Assembly: GCA_032718475.1 (NCBI GenBank)
Contig: JAUCBJ010000801.1
Coordinates: forward strand, 1-33,965
From: Nemertoderma westbladi
Taxonomy: Eukaryota; Animalia; Xenacoelomorpha
Direction: 5' to 3'
Length of the DNA: 33,965 bases
In this document: piece by piece, positions 26,801 to 33,965 of the stretch
Layout: the number at the start of each line of letters is the position of its first letter
Numbering within the stretch: the first letter of the stretch is position 1
The notes under the pieces: model-generated
The model's database searches: none
The model's input: only the letters and a program-made list of their open reading frames with translations
What the model was told of the DNA's origin: nothing
Made by a program: the position numbers and the translations under genes

Positions 26801-29800
26801 CAACTGTTGGCTCTATAGATCTACGAATATAAACTCACCTACAACTGTTGGCTCTAGATCTACGAATATAAACTCACCTACAACTGTTGGCTCTAGATCT
26901 ACGAATATAAACTCACCTACAACTGTTGGCTCTAGATCTACGAATATAAACTCACCTACAACTGTTGGCTCTAGATCTACGAATATAAACTCACCTACAA
27001 CTGTTGGCTCTAGATCTACGAATATAAACTCACCTACAACTGTTGGCTCTAGATCTACGAATATAAACTCACCTACAACTGATGGCTCTAGATCTACGAA
27101 TATAAACTCAATAAACTCACCTACAACTGTTGGCTCTAGATCTACGAATATAAACTCAATAAACCCACCTACAACTGTTGGCTCTAGTTCTACAAATATA
27201 AACTCAATAAACTCACCTACAACTGTTGGCTCTAGATCTACGAATATAAACTCACCTACAACTGTTGGCTCTAGATCTACGAATATAAACTCAATAAACC
27301 CACCTACAACTGTTGGCTCTAGTTCTACGAATATAAACTCAATAAACTCACCTACAACTGTTGGCTCTAGATCAACGAATATAAACTCAATAAACTCACC
27401 TATAACTGTTGGCTCTAGATCTACGAATATAAACTCAATAAACTCACCTACAACTATTGGCTCTAGATCTACGAATATAAACTCACCTACAACTGTTGGC
27501 TCTAGATCTACGAATATAAACTCACCTACAACTGTTGGCTCTAGATCTACGAATATAAACTCACCTACAACTGTTGGCTCTAGATCTACGAATATAAACT
27601 CAATAAACTCACCTACAACTGTTGGCTCTATAGATCTACGAATATAAACTCACCTACAACTGTTGGCTCTAGATCTACGAATATAAACTCACCCACAACT
27701 GTTGGCTCTAGATCTACGAATATAAACTCACCTACAACTGTTGGCTCTAGATCTACGAATATAAACTCACCTACAACTGTTGGCTCTAGTTCTACAAATA
27801 TAAACTCAATAAACTCACCTACAACTGTTGGCTCTAGATCTACGAATATAAACTCACCTACAACTGTTGGCTCTAGATCTACGAATATAAACTCACCTAC
27901 AACTGTTGGCTCTAGATCTACGAATATAAACTCACCTACAACTGTTGGCTCTAGATCTACGAATATAAACTCAATAAACTCACCTACAACTGTTGGCTCT
28001 AGATCTATGAATATAAACTCAATAAACTCACCTACAACTGTTGGCTCTAGATCTACGAATATAAACTCATCTACAACTGTTGGCTCTAGATCTACGAATA
28101 TAAACTCACCTACAACTGTTGGCTCTAGATCTACGAATATAAACTCACCTACAACTGTTGGCTCTAGATCTACGAATATAAACTCACCTACAACTGTTGG
28201 CTCTAGATCTACGAATATAAACTCATCTACAACTGTTGGCTCTAGATCTACGAATATAAACTCACCTACAACTGTTGGCTCTAGATCTACGAATATAAAC
28301 TCATCTACAACTGTTGGCTCTAGATCTACGAATATAAACTCACCTACAACTGTTGGCTCTAGATCTACGAATATAAACTCACCTACAACTGTTGGCTCTA
28401 GATCTACGAATATAAACTCACCTACAACTGTTGGCTCTAGATCTACGAATATAAACTCACCTACAACTGTTGGCTCTAGATCTACGAATATAAACTCACC
28501 TACAACTGATGGCTCTAGATCTACGAATATAAACTCAATAAACTCACCTACAACTGTTGGCTCTAGATCTACGAATATAAACTCAATAAACCCACCTACA
28601 ACTGTTGGCTCTAGTTCTACAAATATAAACTCAATAAACTCACCTACAACTGTTGGCTCTAGATCTACGAATATAAACTCACCTACAACTGTTGGCTCTA
28701 GATCTACGAATATAAACTCAATAAACCCACCTACAACTGTTGGCTCTAGTTCTACAAATATAAACTCAATAAACTCACCTACAACTGTTGGCTCTAGATC
28801 TACGAATATAAACTCACCTACAACTGTTGGCTCTAGATCTACGAATATAAACTCACCTACAACTGTTGGCTCTAGTTCTACAAATATAAACTCAATAAAC
28901 TCACCTACAACTGTTGGCTCTAGATCTACGAATATAAACCTACCTACAACTGTTGGCTCTAGATCTACGAATATAAACTCAATAAACCCACCTACAACTG
29001 TTGGCTCTAGATCTACGAATATAAACTCACCTACAACTGTTGGCTCTAGATCTACGAATATAAACTCAATAAACTCACCTACAACTGTTGGCTCTAGATC
29101 TACGAATATAAACTCAATAAACTCACCTACAACTGTTGGCTCTAGATCTACGAATATAAACTCAATAAACTCACCTACAACTGTTGGCTCTAGATCTACG
29201 AATATAAACTCAATAAACTCACCTACAACTGTTGGCTCTAGATCTACGAATATAAACTCAATAAACTCACCTACAACTGTTGGCTCTAGATCTACGAATA
29301 TAAACTCAATAAACTCACCTACAACTGTTGGCTCTAGATCTACGAATATAAACTCAATAAACTCACCTACAACTGTTGGCTCTAGATCTACGAATATAAA
29401 CTCACCTACACCTGTTGGCTCTAGATCTACGAATATAAACTCACCTACAACTGTTGGCTCTAGTTCTACAAATATAAACTCAATAAACTCACCTACAACT
29501 GTTGGCTGTAGATCTACGAATATAAACCTACCTACAACTGTTGGCTCTAGATCTACGAATATAAACTCAATAAACCCACCTACAACTGTTGGCTCTAGAT
29601 CTACGAATATAAACTCACCTACAACTGTTGGCTCTAGATCTACGAATATAAACTCACCTACACCTGTTGGCTCTAGATCTACGAATATAAACTCACCTAC
29701 AACTGTTGGCTCTAGTTCTACAAATATAAACTCAATAAACTCACCTACAACTGTTGGCTCTAGATCTACGAATATAAACCTACCTACAACTGTTGGCTCT

Positions 29801-32800
29801 AGATCTACGAATATAAACTCACCTACACCTGTTGGCTCTAGATCTACGAATATAAACTCACCTACAACTGTTGGCTCTAGTTCTACGAATATAAACTCAC
29901 CTACAACTGTTGGCTCTAGATCTACGAATATAAACTCACCTACACCTGTTGGCTTTAGATCTACGAATATAAACTCACCTACAACTGTTGGCTCTAGTTC
30001 TACAAATATAAACTCAATAAACTCACCTACAACTGTTGGCTCTAGATCTACGAATATAAACTCACCTACAACTGTTGGCTCTAGATCTACGAATATAAAC
30101 TCAATAAACTCACCTACAACTGTTGGCTCTAGATCTACGAATACAAACTCAATAAACTCACCTACAACTGTTGGCTCTAGATCTACGAATATAAACTCAA
30201 TAAACTCACCTACAACTGTTGGCTCTAGATCTACGAATATAAACTCACCTACAACTGTTGGCTCTAGATCTACGAATATAAACTCACCTACACCTGTTGG
30301 CTCTAGATCTACGAATATAAACTCACCTACACCTGTTGGCTCTAGATCTACGAATATAAACTCACCTACAACTGTTGGCTCTAGTTCTACAAATATAAAC
30401 TCAATAAACTCACCTACAACTGTTGGCTCTAGATCTACGAATATAAACTCACCTACAACTGTTGGCTCTAGATCTACGAATATAAACTCAATAAACTCAC
30501 CTACAACTGTTGGCTCTAGATCTACGAATATAAACTCACCTACACCTGTTGGCTCTAGATCTACGAATATAAACTCACCTACAACTGTTGGCTCTAGTTC
30601 TACAAATATAAACTCAATAAACTCACCTACAACTGTTGGCTCTAGATCTACGAATATAAACTCACCTACAACTGTTGGCTCTAGATCTACGAATATAAAC
30701 TCACCTACACCTGTTGGCTCTAGATCTACGAATATAAACTCACCTACAACTGTTGGCTCTAGTTCTACAAATATAAACTCAATAAACTCGCCTACAACTG
30801 TTGGCTCTAGATCTACGAATATAAACTCACCTACAACTGTTGGCTCTAGTTCTACAAATATAAACTCAATAAACTCACCTACAACTGTTGGCTCTAGATC
30901 TACGAATATAAACTCACCTACAACTGTTGGCTCTAGATCTACGAATATAAACTCACCTACACCTGTTGGCTCTAGATCTACGAATATAAACTCACCTACA
31001 ACTGTTGGCTCTAGTTCTACAAATATAAACTCAATAAACTCACCTACAACTGTTGGCTCTAGATCTACGAATATAAACTCACCTACAACTGTTGGCTCTA
31101 GATCTACGAATATAAACTCAATAAACTCACCTACAACTGTTGGCTCTAGATCTACGAATATAAACTCAATAAACTCACCTACAACTGTTGGCTCTAGATC
31201 TACGAATATAAACTCAATAAACTCACCTACAACTGTTGGCTCTAGATCTACGAATATAAACTCAATAAACTCACCTACAACTGTTGGCTCTAGATCTACG
31301 AATATAAACTCACCTACACCTGTTGGCTCTAGATCTACGAATATAAACTCACCTACAACTGTTGGCTCTAGATCTACGAATATAAACTCACCTACACCTG
31401 TTGGCTCTAGATCTACGAATATAAACTCACCTACAACTGTTGGCTCTAGTTCTACAAATATAAACTCAATAAACTCACCTACAACTGTTGGCTCTAGATC
31501 TACGAATATAAACTCACCTACAACTGTTGGCTCTAGTTCTACAAATATAAACTCAATAAACTCACCTACAACTGTTGGCTCTAGATCTACGAATATAAAC
31601 TCACCTACAACTGTTGGCTCTAGATCTACGAATATAAACTCACCTACACCTGTTGGCTCTAGATCTACGAATATAAACTCACCTACAAATGTTGGCTCTA
31701 GTTCTACAAATATAAACTCAATAAACTCACCTACAACTGTTGGCTCTAGATCTACGAATATAAACTCACCTACAACTGTTGGCTCTAGATCTACGAATAT
31801 AAACTCAATAAACTCACCTACAACTGTTGGCTCTAGATCTACGAATATAAACTCAATAAACTCACCTACAACTGTTGGCTCTAGATCTACGAATATAAAC
31901 TCAATAAACTCACCTACAACTGTTGGCTCTAGATCTACGAATATAAACTCAATAAACTCACCTACAACTGTTGGCTCTAGATCTACGAATATAAACTCAC
32001 CTACACCTGTTGGCTCTAGATCTACGAATATAAACTCACCTACAACTGTTGGCTCTAGATCTACGAATATAAACTCAATAAACTCACCTACAACTGTTGG
32101 TTCTAGATCTACGAATATAAACTCAATAAACTCACCTACAACTGTTGGCTCTAGATCTACGAATATAAACTCAATAAACTCACCTACAACTGTTGGCTCT
32201 AGATCTACGAATATAAACTCAATAAACTCACCTACAACTGTTGGTTCTAGATCTACGAATATAAACTCAATAAACTCACCTACAACTGTTGGCTCTAGAT
32301 CTACGAATATAAACTCAATAAACTCACCTACAACTGTTGGTTCTAGATCTACGAATATAAACTCAATAAACTCACCTACAACTGTTGGCTCTAGATCTAC
32401 GAATATAAACTCAATAAACTCACCTTCAACTGTTGGCTCTAGATCTACGAATATAAACTCACCTACAACTGTTGGCTCTAGATCTACGAATATAAACTCA
32501 CCTACAACTGTTGGCTCTAGATCTACGAATATAAACTCACCTACAACTGTTGGCTCTAGATCTACGAATATAAACTCAATAAACTCACCTACAACTGTTG
32601 GTTCTAGATCTACGAATATAAACTCAATAAACTCACCTACAACTGTTGGCTCTAGATCTACGAATATAAACTTAATAAACTCACCTACAACTGTTGGCTC
32701 TAGATCTACGAATATAAACTCACCTACAACTGTTGGCTCTAGATCTACGAATATAAACTCACCTACAACTGTTGGCTCTAGATCTACGAATATAAACTCA

Positions 32801-33566
32801 CCTACAACTGTTGGCTCTAGATCTACGAATATAAACTCAATAAACTCACCTACAACTGTTGGCTCTAGATCTACGAATATAAACTCACCTACAACTGTTG
32901 GCTCTAGATCTGCGAATATAAACTCAATAAACTCACCTACAACTGTTGGCTCTAGATCTACGAATATAAACTCACCTACAACTGTTGGCTCTAGATCTAC
33001 AAATATAAACTCAATAAACTCACCTACAACTGTTGGCTCTAGATCTACGAATATAAACTCACCTACAACTGTTGGTTCTAGATCTACGAATATAAACTCA
33101 ATAAACTCACCTACAACTGTTGGCTCTAGATCTACGAATATAAACTCACCTACAACTGTTGGCTCTAGATCTACGAATATAAACTCAATAAACTCACCTA
33201 CAACACTGTTGGCTCTAGATCTACGAATATAAACTCAATAAACTCACCTACAACTGTTGGCTCTAGATCTACGAATATAAACTCAATAAACTCACCTAAA
33301 ACTGTTGGGTCTAGTTCTACAAATATAAACTCAATAAACTCACCTTCAACTGTTGGCTCTAGATCTACGAATATAAACTCAATAAACTCACCTACAACTG
33401 TTGGCTCTAGATCTACGAATATAAACTTAATAAACTCACCTACAACTGTTGGCTCTAGATCTACGAATATAAACTCAATAAACTCACCTACAACTGTTGG
33501 CTCTAGATCTACGAATATAAACTCAATAAACTCACCTACAACTGTTGGCTCTAGATCTACGAATAT
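11846..33566. repeat. Giant minisatellite of 39-bp and 48-bp units (~500 copies) derived from the exon 2 / intron 2 junction
   Basis: Unit is CTCACCTACAACTGTTGGCTCTAGATCTACGAATATAAA with or without CTCAATAAA. At 21.7 kb this gives 450-560 copies. The last unit overlaps tubulin exon 2. Confidence 0.99.
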
Positions 33567-33758
33567 TGCTCGAGGAACGTGTTTCCCATTTCCCGTTTCG
33601 CTAAAGAAAGTATTAAAGGAATCGTCCCCGTACCCTATCGTCTTATCCGACGGCATCTGTCCATCAGGCTGGATTCCATGTTCCAGACAGTAGAGTTCCC
33701 AACAGGAGTTCCCGATCTGGGCACCAGCTTGTCCAATATGAATCGAGATACACTCACG
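33536..33758 (-). CDS. TUBA: alpha-tubulin exon 2 (codons 2-76: [12 protein letters not shown]...PSDK40...[13 protein letters not shown])
   Basis: Translates to the alpha-tubulin N-terminus. Acceptor ttttttatttag|CGT, donor GTAG|gtgagt. Length is 223 nt, the classic exon between the post-ATG intron and the phase-1 intron at codon 76. No ATG|gt found in 33761-33965, so exon 1 is outside the window. Confidence 0.97.
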
Positions 33759-33965
33759 CTAAATAAAAAATAGAAAACAAACAGTAATATAATTTCTGGA
33801 TTATGACCCGGGGGTTACATTCATTAAAATGTCATTGAACGGCACATAATTATGGTCTAGTTAATTAAAATAACTTTTGAAATAACAAGTAAAGGTATAA
33901 TTAAAAATATATTATTATAATATAGAATTGTTGTAAATAATATAAACAATTTTCAAATAGAATGA

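Noticed and set aside
28007-33232. 1741-aa repeat ORF
   Set aside because: Same satellite. The ATG arises from a single ACG-to-ATG variant in one unit.

Overview
Eukaryotic (metazoan-like, AT-rich) genomic DNA. The window holds a minus-strand alpha-tubulin gene: seven coding exons covering codons 2-453 and ending in EEY-stop, all with GT-AG boundaries and consistent phases. The ATG-only first exon lies beyond the right edge. Two of its introns are filled by minisatellites built from the gene's own splice junctions. One is a ~21.7-kb array of roughly 500 39/48-bp units, each copying the end of exon 2 plus its 5' splice site (TAG|GTGAGT). The other is a ~580-bp array of 22 26-bp units, each copying the polypyrimidine tract, AG and first bases of exon 6. 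The 8.3-kb intron 6 carries a nested, antisense, two-exon receptor tyrosine kinase (signal peptide-Ig-Ig-EGF-EGF_Ca-Frizzled CRD-kringle-TM-kinase; ROR/MuSK-like) and several repeat remnants (fold-back/MITE, LINE 3' end, tRNA-derived fragment). The huge Ser/Thr/Asn ORFs in the ORF track are shadows of the satellite.
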